Assembly: GCA_001949185.1 (NCBI GenBank)
Contig: BDGG01000012.1
Location: 1,170,973-1,234,972, forward strand
DNA length: 64,000 nt
DNA from: Ramazzottius varieornatus
Taxonomy: Eukaryota > Animalia > Tardigrada
Reading direction: 5' to 3'
Shown: positions 23,901-36,250 of the stretch, in pieces
How positions within the stretch are numbered: the first letter of the stretch is position 1
Layout of the letters: each line of letters opens with the position of its first letter
The notes under the pieces: generated by a model
Told to the model about the DNA's origin: nothing
The model's input: the letters and a program-made list of their open reading frames with translations, nothing else
The model's database searches: none
Translations under genes and position numbers: made by a program

Positions 23901-26893
23901 AGTCACTGAATGGACGAACATTTAGCTACATTTTATGGAATAAAACTTACGACCTCGACATGATGTCAATTTACGTTGATGAAACTGGGATGAGAAAAGG
24001 AGACGTTCTTTTCCTTCGCTTGAATAAGTCTGAGGGAAACTTTCACGTGAGTGATGGTCTGCTGACTACCTTTTATTGGGGTGGGAACCTTTTTCTGTTT
24101 TTTTTATTTTTCAGGAAGCATGGAGGTATTTTGCGTTCACGCGATCCCTCTCCGTGACGCACACACTGGCTTCAAGGTGGTACGGGAGAACCGACGCACC
24201 TCCGGACTCGCCGCCCTGCGGCTTCCGAGGCGAACACTGCACAGAAGCCGGATGTAAGCCCCAGTCCTTCATTTCTTGGCGACGTTGTCTGGTAAAAACT
24301 TTCACAGCGCAGCTTTTTTGTTTGTCTAGCCGTGGTTACACTGGTACTGGCAATAGTCTGTCCCATCGCGATACTTTTGATGGTAGCCGGAGCTTCAGCT
24401 GTCCGATGGTAAGGTCCGGTTTCCAAGTTTGGAGTCCATACAGCAACGCGCGGTTCTGCGTGGGTCTCAGGTACTTGAATCGGCGGAAAGAACACTTGTC
24501 CCTATGGTGGTGTATTGATGGGAGGAGTTTCGATCCGGATAGCGACCACGTGAAGTTCGTGGCAACGGGTACCCCGACGAATGACGAAGTTCTACGTCAA
24601 GATATCCTCACGAAATGCCAGTACAAGATCCGGATGTACAACGGAGAAGCGGTTTGGGCTGAAGCGATTTTCCCGCCGGTCAGCTTAGATGCCATAAGGC
24701 GCAACAAGCAGATGCTTCGCTGTTTGGCGGCAGTAAGATCAGCTCTTGTGCTCTCATTGACAAATTGAAAAGTATCATTACAGATCGGACTGTACTACTA
24801 TAGATTAAGCACCTACACAGCCCCAATGTCGGAGTCTTCCATGGAATAGTGACTTCATCAACTTATTCTTACCTCGTATGGGAATTCGGTGTCCATGCTA
24901 GCCTTCGAATGCTGCTGGATACCAGCTACAACTCCACGAGCGGCGACTTGCTTGTGTCGCTGATCTGGGATGTGCTGGAAGTGAGAAACCGGCAATATCT
25001 AACCTCTCTGATATTCCCAAAAACTCCCATTGCAGTATCTTCAAATTCAGTTTGCCATAAGTTCGTATTTGTACAGGGTATGGATTATATACACTCCCAA
25101 GAGTTGCACTATCACGGTAATAGTTCACGTTTCCGTCTGGCTGGGTTTCTGATTCGACTTATACGATATTGTATTTGAGTTCCCCATTTACACCACGTTT
25201 AGGAGTTCCATCGAGTTTGACATGTATGATAGACAAGCGCTTCTGTCTACAAATCTGTGGGTACGGTTCGGCTAGAATGCTGTGTTTGACGACGGGTCGT
25301 AATATCGAGAGCGAAGAGGATGTGACGCAGCTATGGATGGCTCCCGAGATGCTGGCTGACAGGCGGCATATTGGTTCGAAGGCTGCTGATGCTTTCAGCA
25401 CGGCTCTTGTCATACTGGAGATTTTCACACGAAGCACGCCCATGGATGTCATCCTGGAAAGCGAAAGCAGTTGTACACGTAAGAATCATGTCTTAGTCTT
25501 ATCAGGTTTATATGCTGTCCAACTTCAGGTTATAATTCTACTACCCCTCGTAGATGCCATTGAGAATTTACTGACGTTGCGCGGGCCAAGAATACCGATA
25601 GGCTACGAAGTACCAAAGGTCCTCCATGATATACTGAATGACTGTGTTTCCCCCCACATCAGGGAGCGGCCACCTCTTCGACATCTGATGCAGAAGATCG
25701 AGCATCTGTTTCCTAAGAAAGGGTTCCTTGATAAAATTTTAAGTCGTCTACAAAAGTATTCCGAAGAACTTGAGATGAAGGTCGCCGCGCAGACCCAGGT
25801 GAGCATGTCAGAATTTATTGTATGTGTCTTTTATTTTTGTCTGAACTGTTTACAGGAGCTCTTCGACGAACAGCTGAAAGTGGACACCTTATTAAAGCAG
25901 ATGATTCCTCCGTAAGTGACCATGATCTGCAACCGGAAGTGGTTGCATGTATGACGATCGTGTCTTATTTTCAAATAGGGAGTTTGTGAACAAGCTACGG
26001 AACAAAGAGCCGGTTTTGACCGAAGCTTTCGACTGCGTCACACTAATGTTTAGTGATATGCCCGAATTTGGCGGGATAGTCACAAAGTCCTCCCCGCTTC
26101 AACTCATTTTCCTCCTCAACAGTGTCTACAGCACCATAGACCAACTACTGGAGTCCTTCGACGTTTACAAGGTGGAAACAATCAACGATTCTTACATGGT
26201 GAGTTAAGATCATATCCATCCGTCTGTTTGGACCATGCCATTGTTGCGATTGTTAACTTTGAAACTCGACAAAATCATTTGCCGAAGTGGCGCACGCTTC
26301 TGCCCAACAACAATGGAATCATGCGCCACTTAAGACAAATCTTCCGACGTCAGATTTTGCATCCAGGTTGTCTCTGGATTGCCTCAGCGCAATGGCGACC
26401 AGCACGTGGTGGAAATTTCGCGAATGGCCTTGAGTCTGATAGAGATCCGCTTGGTTTCTCCGGTTGACGGGGCGCCGTTGCATCTTCGGATTGGTATCCA
26501 CTCCGGACCCTGCGTAGCCGGCATTGTCGGCATCCGGACACCTCGATACTGCCTGTAAGGTTTACTGGTCTGTGTCACTGTCGCGAAAAGACAAATCACT
26601 AAGTCTCTTTTTCTGTCGTTTGCAGGTTCGGTGATACCATAAACGTGGCCAGTCGGATGGAGACAAACGGGGAGGCTTCGCGTATCCACGTTAGTCCATC
26701 GGTCAAGGAACTCCTGACAGTGGTTGGCGGTTTCGTCCTTCAGTCCCGCGGCAAGATTACCATCAAGGTAGGTGCTCTTTGGACGGCTTGAGGTACTTTT
26801 TCAGGACTGTAATCTGTTTCCATACCTTAGGGAAAGGGAGAAATGGAAACCTACTGGCTCCTCGGTCGACAATCCGACCATTCCACCCATTGA
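17902..26893 (+). CDS. Receptor-type (transmembrane) guanylate cyclase, NPR-like; many exons, 4.1 kb second intron
   Basis: Signal exon 17902-18019 (MTKVSAYYFCWMMFGLVKA); exon 18118-18321 (GPAFDIAIE...LLCP) splices in phase to 22415 (GCSTEIMVLGDFARE/WNVP); PPDSPPCGF, TM helix, kinase-homology domain (GMDYIH, LWMAPE), cyclase domain (VYKVETINDSYMV, LRIGIHSGPCVAGIVG, PRYCLFGDTINVASRME, KGKGEMETYWL). Confidence 0.88.
18482..19662. mobile_element. Foldback-type non-autonomous element: ~490 bp inverted arms (18482-~18975 and ~19159-19662) around a ~185 bp spacer
   Basis: ttctgacgagcctccgaggcatgatcttgcccaaatgaca at 18491 is the reverse complement of 19614-19653; mirror ORFs 18753+ and 19106- share TFRKENQRINRYDKVRHHRK. 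Confidence 0.9.
20656..21193. mobile_element. Non-autonomous DNA transposon (hAT-like MITE) with imperfect ~45 bp TIRs
   Basis: Left tggtgctggcaaaggtacgatatacggtatc versus right reverse complement tagtgccggcaaaagaacgataaaatacagtatc; ATCGAT/GATAT-rich subterminal motifs; degenerate 8-bp flanks gtcacaaa/gtcagtag. Confidence 0.65.
21208..21666. mobile_element. Possible second MITE with a dense GTAC/CGGTA repeat cluster (21370-21541)
   Basis: Ends ctgttagagagacctgggc...ggcca and tggcc...gcctagtttctaacag are imperfect inverted repeats; internal gtaccg/cggta motifs are repeated many times. Confidence 0.45.
26258..26352. mobile_element. Palindromic MITE-like element, copy 5 (cyclase intron 26199-26366), reverse orientation
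   Basis: aactcgacaaaatcatttgccgaagtggcgcacgcttc...gaatcatgcgccacttaagacaaatctt. Confidence 0.8.
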
Positions 26894-27547
26894 TAGATAA
26901 ATGTGTCGTGACTCATAGTATTCCCTCCCACACATATTCTAGATGAAAAATACTGAAGTTCGTTCAACTTAGTTGCGGATGTAATAGAGTGAGATTTCTC
27001 TGGTGACTGGAAGAAATTTTTACAATAACATACTACGGTAGTGTCTTTTGAGCCAAAAACCATGCAGTGCTTTGTGTGATGGCGGCTCCTAATGATATGA
27101 CTGTCTATTAAAGCATGATTAGACGCATTAAAATATGACAGAGCAATTTGCTGAGTGACAGCATTCTTTAATATTCTTGTGAACTCTTTGAAAAAAGGCT
27201 CATAAACCTTCGGTTTTTTGCCCATCTGTCAAACAAAAAATCGATTGTTTTGACAAGCTTTCCGAAAAATGTCTCTTTACACTCAGCCTAATGCGCTATT
27301 AATTATCGTCATGATTAGCGTGTTGTTTTCGCGATTTTCATAAACTAACCGTAGAAAAGCTAGCCAACATGCAGTGAGAAAAATCTGACCTTTCCCGGTG
27401 TTTGGAATCTACCCAAGCCTGCTGATTTTCTGTTTATATACCTCCACGTTCTAAATTCGCCGGATAGACTCCTGTTGTAATGACATTTCTACTGTTCCTG
27501 ATTTTACTGTCTCGGACCGTCGAAAAGTTATCTCGAAGAAACCGAAG

Positions 27548-30511
27548 ATGTTGAGCGTGGACCTAAGTACACGTCGGCGGTCGATCTGGACCATGTCGTC
27601 GCAGTCAGTGTCAAAGACGACCGACGAATTAGAAAGGAAATTATTCGGGGGACCATCAGACAGCGACCCCAAAGGACAGGGAAGTCATTCCAAGGACTCT
27701 GACGATATTCTCAAAGCTCTGGGGAACCCCGGCCGGTTTCAAGTCATTCAATTTATCCTTCTCTGTGGGCAGTTTATCCCTTTGGCTATGACCGATATGA
27801 TGTCGATTTTTTTTTCCTTAAGCCCAACCGGAGTACGGATTTCTGAGCCAGGTTTCAAAACGAACTCGACCATGGCGAAAGGGTTACGTCAATGGTATGG
27901 CGACGATGTCAAGTTCGTATCGGACTTCCGGACAACCACTTCCTGTGAGGCTAATAACCTGACGAACCTGAATGGAAACCAAATCACCTATATATATCAA
28001 AACCAGTGGCAATGGTCGATCATCGCCGATGTAAGTACGCCTATACGTTTTCCAAACCAGGAAAGAATTGAAGGTCACTGATATTTTCAGATGGGTTTAA
28101 TTTGCGGAAGAACGTGGATGATCAGCTTTGCCACAACCATCTACTTTCTAGGTGGGTCGAACTTTCGGCACTGTAATCGTAAAACTTTCAAAGCTAAGGT
28201 CGACTGTCTAAAGATGAATTGCAGGGCAGATAGTTTCGAGTCCCGTTTCCGGTTGGATAGCAGACAAGTACGGTCGGCGACCTTTACTACTCATCTCGAA
28301 CCTGCTCTTCACCTTACTGAGCATCAGCTTGGTCTTCTCGAGAGATTACACGTCCTTTGCTATTCTTCGTTTCTTGATCGGCGTGGTTCGACAAGCCATG
28401 AACAGCTCCTTCTATGTTCTGATGATGGAATGGGTTCCTCCTCAGCGCCGCATGACATGGGCGGCCATTGCACAGTTCCCGTTTTCCGTTGGCGTATTGT
28501 CCTTGGGTCTGGCCGCGTACCTCCTCCAGAACTGGCAATATATCCAGATTGTTGTTGCGTTGTCAAACTTCCTGGCTTTAGGCTACGTATGGCAAGTCTC
28601 CTTTTACTTATTACAAGATCGTTACCTCGAGTGACGCACATTTCCACTGCTCTTGGCTGGAGGGGTGAGCCACTCAAGATAACGATTGTGTACGCTTTGT
28701 CTGTACGTCAAAGCTCCCACTTTTTTTATTCCAATGAGTTTCTATAGGTTTGCTCCCGAGTCGTTGAAATGGCTACTAGGCGAGAACCGCCTACAGGAGG
28801 TAGAGGACATCAGCAAGCGAATTTCCAAATTTAACGGAATCACCTTGCCAGTTTCCTTCTTCGATGAAATCCGAAGTCTTGCCGCCAGGCTAGCGGTGGA
28901 GAAGCGCTGGAACTTCTCTGGTCTTACGCCTACACTCCGTAGGTCATACTCCGTCCTGGATTGTTTCAGAACCTTCCACGTACGCAACTTCACCCTCCTT
29001 TGTTCTTTCATATGGTAAGCTTTCAACCGAAGCTCCAGCTTTCTACTTTTCGTTAGCCTGAGTTATCGGAAGTTTTGCTTTCATAGGATGGCAATACTAA
29101 TCCAGTACTTTGGCTTGCTGTTGCTCCTGAGTCAAATTACCGGTGATATCTACGCTAATTACGCAATCAGCGGTGCTCTGGAGCTTATTCCGCGAGCTGT
29201 GGGTCTCCTTTTAACCTTCAGGTCTGTCCATCAGCACAACGTTACGCTATACAGTCCGGTCGATCGACATCTCGTACCTATTTCTCCGATTGTGTTTTGA
29301 AGTCTGCTTTACATTCGCCATACAGCACGACAAGCCAAGGCCGAAATTACATTACACATAAATTACACCGTAGCTTTACTGGTGTGATCAAGTAATCAAC
29401 CCGCATGTGGACCGGCTGTGTCGGTATGGCTCGCAGTATCGTTAGTTTTGCACGATTTCTTTATTTTGAAATCGCAAAATCAGGTACCAGATTTCGAGCG
29501 ACCGGACTGTACTGCATTTCATAACTGATGGAACTATTTTAGGTTGGACAATCGAACCACGCTGATGAGCTACTTCCTGGTCTCTGGCTCCCTGGCCATC
29601 GTTGCCGGGCTGGTTCCAGAGCATAGTCACGTGGAGGCAATAACCAAGACGGTGGTGGCTTTCATTTCTCGAATGTCGGTAGTGGGGACTTTCGCCCTTG
29701 CGTATACCTTCACGTCGGAGCTTTTTCCAACCGTGATTAGGAATTCGGGATTCGGCCTATGCTCCATTGCCATGCGCGTCGGCTCCATGATTGCACCACA
29801 GATTGCCGCTCTGGTAATATAAACAGAGCAAGCGCAACTTGGTTGCTTGTTTGAGAGGCCAACAAACAATTTCGGGATGAGTCATTTTGAGTGGCGCACT
29901 TTCTCTCGTTACAGGCTCGAAACATGCGCGACTTGAGGTGACGATCGTCCCCAAACTGTTTGGCAGCTTTCCATTTTATTGCTTGACAGTTTTTTCATTT
30001 ACCTTTATATTTAATGTCAGATCAGAATGTGTGGCCAATTTTTTAGGGAGTTTCAAGCAATTTCAAGGGATTCCCTTTTCTGGTTATGGGGGCAATAACA
30101 GTGGCCGCTAGTGTGGCAACCTTCTTACTTCCGGAGACCAAAAATACAAAACTACTCTCCTCGATTGAAGAAGCCGAAGCATTCGGCGAAGCCAACAAGA
30201 ACGGCTTCCGGAAACTCTTTTCAGCAATCTCTCGGTGCAAGTGGTTTCTTCCGGACAAAGCTGAAACGTTGCATTCTCCCTCGAACTCAGTTGGTTCACC
30301 CAACTCGGTCCCGGAAATAGTCGTCACCTTCCATGACGTCGTCGAAGCTGCCCCAAGAAACGCGGTACAACTAGATGCGCTACCACCGCCACAGAGTTCA
30401 AATAATAACAAAAGTGCGAAAGAATTCACGAGAAGCATCAGCAGCACACAACAACAGACTTTAGAACGAAGAGCTTCCCTCATGTCACAACGAAGGTTCT
30501 CCATGGTTTAG
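27548..30511 (+). CDS. SLC22 family organic cation/anion transporter (MFS), multi-exon
   Basis: LGNPGRFQ, DKYGRR, MEWVPPQRR, PESLKWL, SELFPTVIRN and LLPETK motifs. Confidence 0.92.
28610..28700. mobile_element. Palindromic MITE-like element, copy 6 (SLC22 GC-AG intron 28592-28747)
   Basis: acaagatcgttacctcgagtgacgcacatttccactgctcttggctggaggggtgagccactcaagataacgattgtgt. Confidence 0.75.
29856..29969. mobile_element. Palindromic MITE-like element, copy 7 (SLC22 intron 29814-30045)
   Basis: ggccaacaaac...tttgagtggcgcactttc...gaaacatgcgcgacttgaggtgacgatc...gtttggcagct. Confidence 0.7.
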
Positions 30512-30836
30512 CTTTTCTAATCAGCACAATGGTCTTTCCCTGTCTACAAGTTTGTGGGTGGTCGCTGCTCATAATTTTTCGACAAATTTAAACTTTAATA
30601 GAACTTGCATAACCCCGAACCAGTATCGCTGTAGAAATTGAAGTTTCGTACAAACAACGGTACTACACAATACCAAGATATATGGACCCCATGTATCCTG
30701 ACAGTGCAGTACTGTAGATCGATTCCCACGAGCTTTGTAATTTATTCTTGGTGTATGTTCCCAACACATGACTTCAGTATTTCAGAAAACCCAATATTTT
30801 CAGAGAAAACATGAACGGGGAAGTTAGAGAGTGTTT

Positions 30837-33800
30837 CTACGGTTGCTCAGCCAGGGTCATAGTTGTCGAGCTGGGATGTAACTGGATGCTTTTGGCGCGG
30901 TATCGAACTTTCCCATAGGTGACGCCCTCCAGTTCCTCTTCTTGCGTCTGGCTATCCTGCGCTGGGCTCGGCGTTGGCGATGGGTCTCTGTTTCCACTAA
31001 GCTTCTTCGTCTCATTGCTTTCATCCGGTCGGACAATTTCCCAGTCGCCCAGTTCCCCCGAAGCGAAAATGAAGAAGAAAATGGCACACGAGACGGACAC
31101 GGCAGCTGTGATGTAGAAAACCAGCCTCCAGGCAGCGACGGTGTTTCCACTGGGGCCATTCGTTATAACGCCGACAATGTACGGCCCGATCATACCTACG
31201 AAGAACCACATGAGCTGATGCAGCCATCAGAGTCTCGCAAATTAATCATACTAAGCGGTCAAGTGCGACCGCCTTTAGCGGCACGCTCATGGTAAAGCAC
31301 ACTTAGTTCATAAAGAAACCGCTTTGATTTCAACTAACGACTTGACAGTTGCTGAAAGCAAATAAAGAGCCCAAGTCAAAACAAACTGTCGATCAGCGAA
31401 GCGACAAAAGAATTAAGTGGTTCAGTCTACTGTCTTACCGGGAACGGAAGAGACTGTATTTGAAAGACCTACAAGCGGAAGAATAGACATCAAACTGACA
31501 TGCGTAATTAATACCTGCATAAGACAAGAAAATGTTTGTCCAATGTCACCGATTGCTCGAAAAGAAATCGGCATGACCGAAAACAATAAATGTATCATCT
31601 TTGGAGAAAGCTCTCCTTACCCATCAAAATCCCAGCATACCTGAAAAATGACAAAAGGTAAGTCAATAATATGCAAAAATTTCCATGAATGCCGAATGTG
31701 AAAATGCGACTGTCTCTTACGTTGGGGAAATGTCAACATGGTTGAATTGGTAGCCGGAAGCAGCGATCCCGTCCAAGCCAACTGCTAAGGTCAAAAGGGC
31801 TACTGCAGAATACAGGTCGCAACCCACGAAACCCAAGAGGATCAAGCACATGGAGGGGAGTACTTGGCCGATGAGGTGGCACCATCGACGAGCCCAAGTT
31901 GTGGTTACCAGCTTACGCCGCCGGAGAACGTCAACGACGTACCCAGTTGGGATTGCGAAGCACACCGTTGTGATGTATGGGAGGGCGGAGATGAACCCGT
32001 TGCTCTGGATTCTGAAGTGCAGGACCTTGCTCAGGTAGGATGGAATATTCGTAAGCTGGAAATAAAACCGAGTTTGATGAAAAAAAGGTATCCTGTACTT
32101 GGGAATCTGTCTCACCAATGTGTAAAAACCCCAGTTATGGCCGAAAGCACCTGAGCGAAGAATTGGGTTACTCGTACCGAAGGGATGGAACAAATTTTGT
32201 GAACCCCGGCTTACCGACGCAGACGGTCCACACTGGAACCGAACAGAGGATCTTCCGCCATGGGATTGGGGGCGAGCGCCCTGCAGTTGCCCCGATGGCA
32301 TTCAAGATCATCCTTCTTTCCGCCTCTGAGATGCGAGGGTGCTCTTCTGGTGAGGAAGAGGCGTACAGTACCCATACGATATACCAAATGATCTATACGA
32401 GCCAAAAATAACGCCTGCTTCTCGTCGGTTCTTCAAACTAGTGCCGATGGCAAAGGCGTTCGTTACTCACGCCCAAAGCTCCAAAGAAGTGAAACACTGA
32501 TTCCCAGCCAAGTCTACGAAGCCAAAATGCGTTAATGGATAATCGGAACAAGATGTGTGTATTGAAAGTGTCCAGGAAGAACTCACTGCTCTGCTAGGAC
32601 CCCGCTGAGCAGCATTGTGACAACTGTTCCGACCTGAAACATTCTGGGTGTACGAGGTACTCCTTGTGCAGGTTAATACATGTTCATGGTGAATGAGAAA
32701 GATCTGCCATCACTCACTTGCACACCCGCATAGGAAATGGCGGCTATCCTCGACCTTTCGTTTGGAGGAGCCCATCGACCCAAAAGCGTATGCATGGCTG
32801 GGTAGGAAAACCCCTGAAAAATGACCAGCAAAAAAACAACCATGAATCAGAGTGCTACCCTGGCGGTCCAGAAAGGTGATCCATTATTGTCAGCAGTGAT
32901 TTGCCGGAAGCTCATTAGCTAGTTGGACTTAAAAAAAACTGACACGAGGTGTTCGGTCTACAAACACGCCTATCTTGCTACAAACACCCGAACTCGATGT
33001 TTCGACTTTCGAGAACCTGGTACACTTCAACACGCTAGCCTTTCGAGAAACTGACTGCTTCAACCATGCAAAGCCTACCCATCGCGTCAGACATCGGTGG
33101 CCAAATCGTCCATCAGTAATAATTACCTCGGTGATTCCTTGAAGAACCCGAATTCCGATAACTGCTCCATAATGGTACTCTGCCGCCAGGGGGATGAAGA
33201 ACGAAAGAATTGCCGATAGGAAGATGCTTAGCCCGAACGGCTGTTTAGCTCCGAACCGGCTGCAGATGTATCCGCCAATCAGTTGCGTCGTAATGTATCC
33301 GTAGAAGAACGAACCCAGAATAACACCTATAAGAACAGATTATAAGAACATTCCAAGGTCACGAGAGGCCACATTTCAAAGAACCGCGGAATACGTCCTG
33401 TGCAGCAGGAAAATTCTGACCTTGGACTTGATTCGACCAGTTGAATCTTCCTTGTTGCTGAAAGAAGAAAGATAGGTTATTGGAAGAAAATTCGTCTGGG
33501 GTAAACAGAAAACCCTCACTCGACGTCTATCGGAGCTGGAGATGTTTGGGTAGGGACACACAATGTCCTGGTTGACGGAAACCACTGCCGGTGTGAAGTT
33601 GAGGGCGTCTGAGCTGTTCGCAATTAGGGCGGGAGACACCACGGGCACTGCCGGCCGGGTGTTGTTGACCATTGCCACTGCAGAAGTGGATTGCATCTCA
33701 GGAACAACCCTTCAGTTGATCAAAAAGTTAATCTACAAGCCATAACGCTCCCTAGCTTACCGATTCCGACACTCATATTCACGCGGAGGGCGTATAAGTT

Positions 33801-33997
33801 GAAGAAGCCGAAAAAACACAGAGCCGACATGGCATACCGCGACGGAATCCAGTTTGTTCCTGAAAAGACAGAATGAGTACTTAATTCTGTAATTGGCGGA
33901 ACAGTTCCATATGCACAACGCTAGAGTACCAAAATTTTGAAACTTATCGTGTCTCACCTGGAATCCTTATCGCTCTTAGGAACCGCAGTCGGTTCAT
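30837..33997 (-). CDS. SLC17 family anion transporter (sialin/VGLUT-like), paralog A; start codon tentative
   Basis: WIPSRYAMSALCFFGFFNLYALRVNMSVGI, GSFFYGYITTQL, WAPPNERSR, HNWGFYTL, NHVDISP, WRLVFYI. Confidence 0.9.
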
Positions 33998-36250
33998 CTC
34001 GATCACCGTCTAGGAAAAAACCCAATAATCAGGAAAATCTCGGGAAGGCGAAGCTAATCCAAAAACACTTCTTTCGGCCCATAGAAAAACGTAAAGCACT
34101 GCTAACCATATCCATGATTGCCAATGGATTTGACGTCAAAAATTTTGATGGTGCGCTGATAAGATGTGCTGACATGTGTAGCCAAACATCCACCGACCAA
34201 AGTAGTTCCCGCAACCTGTCGAAATTATAAGCATATTAATCCACACTGATTCCCTCCATTAGCACTTGATAAATAGGTGATCACTTACAAAAAATTAATG
34301 TGTCGCTTTTGCTGATATCGTCGTGGCAGGTTAATAACTCTCTTCACCACCTTGCAGTCACATTAATCTCATCACCTCATAAACACTCTCCTGGTTGTGA
34401 CAAGTTATAACTGAAGTAGGGTAAGTGCCGCTGATGATACTTCCGAACCGAATATCTGACGGAGACCTTTGACTGGACTGACAAATAAGATGTCTGCAGG
34501 CAGAATTTTGTCCACGCGACTCCTGCAGTGATATTTGACAGGAAGCCGCCGCGCCTGAGCGAGCCAGCGTTTTCCGTTCGAATACACAATTTGTCACATT
34601 TGCCGCCAGCACTTTGGACGACGGTACCATCTCAGACGCTGAGACGTACGACAGTCAACATGTGTATGTTTTTCGAGTTTCCCGCGCCTTGCCAGGCAAG
34701 GTTAAGGCTGGAAGTAAGACCGTGACTGCTTCCTGCTTCCAGCATCCAGACTGGAAGACCGATGCTTTGTCATCGGTCCAATGTCTGTCTACTTACGAGA
34801 CCAGCAAGTGGAAGGCTGCTCTGCCGTACCTGACTGTGCCCGGTGGGTTTCTTGGAGAAGCCTTGGTGGAAGAATGAGGTTCGGGAGCTTCGTTCGAACA
34901 GAATTAATTTTGTTGTTTCCATTCTCCAGTATATGAGACTGCGCTCTGCAGTCTGCAACTTCTGGGTTGCGATATCTGTTTGCTCACCAGAGGGCAGCAT
35001 TGTCTGGCTTCGCATACAGCACCTAAACGAAGAACCAAAAGAGTTGTATGTCGAAGAGTTTCGATTCTATCAGCGGCTTCAGAATAACCTAATCACCTAA
35101 GTGTTACGAATAGATAATCTAGAATTCCATTACGTGAACAGGCCAATTCTGATGGAATTAGGGACTGTACAGCATGATATTTCCCCCTTATTGTTGCGAA
35201 AACCACGCCACGTGCACCTACTTCTGCAGCCTAAGCAGAAGAATGTTGCTAACAGGTTCCTTATCATTTTTCGATTTTCACAATTTATCTTCTCATATGG
35301 AATCTAGCTACCTAGCAAAAGCGAGATAAAAACTCGTTTCACTATTATAAACTTCCTCACTAAGCGATGAAAGTCAAGTTTTCTGTGTGCCAATCCGAAG
35401 CGATCGATATGGGTTGTCAGAAGAGCGTAAGGAAACACCTGAAACGTATGACATCAACCATCGTTAGAAACTGCAGTGCAGTGTAATATTATTCTGAGTT
35501 GCAACACCGTAGTATCCCTGTGTGGCGGTGACTCCTCCTTGCCCGATCTCCGTGAAACTCCGTCGGGTGCCTGTTGCGCGGATATCCTGTGTGTGTGTGA
35601 CATCAGCCATGCTTCTGTTCCACGGACTGGATCGCTTAGCTATTCTTTGTGAATCTTTCTGTACCTCTTGTACACTGCCCTTGATGATCCTAAACCTTTA
35701 AAACCGACAAGTAATAAGTCCATGGGTCAACTTGTAATGTTTTACTGAGATGAACCTTTAACTGTTGTCTGCTGCCGCAATTGACATGGAGATTGAAGAC
35801 GCTATGCCCGTGCCGAGATCTGACGGTGAGTGAGGCGACGTATTACAGAACTGCACATACGAGGTGGTTACAGTTCTAACCGGGGACATCCTCGGTGGCC
35901 TGGCTTCGGAGTAGTACTTCGGAGTTCACACGATAAAAGTCTCCCGTTCTCGCTGACTTCCGGCAGGTTCCTGGTCCATTGGCTATCTAGGTTCGAAGAT
36001 ACGGTATAAGGTTGGCGTCCAGGAGGCAGGAGGTACAGAGCTTCGCTTAGAGTACGAGGGTAAAATTTGATTGTCTTTCAAGTTTAGAATTTGAAAAAAA
36101 CATTCCGAGCTTTTGTCAGCTGTCCTTCGACATAGTCTTGGACACAAAGTCTAGCTTACCAGGTTCAGAACTTATCCAGTGAGCAGGGAATGATAGACTG
36201 ATCCGTGATGTGAAGTTTAGAAGTGGTATTCCTTTTGCGAGATCATCCAG

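Noticed and set aside
31251-31306. Hairpin-like ctaagcgg...cacacttag in an SLC17-A intron as a 12th palindrome copy
   Set aside because: Too degenerate; lacks the GGCGCAC core and the outer arms.
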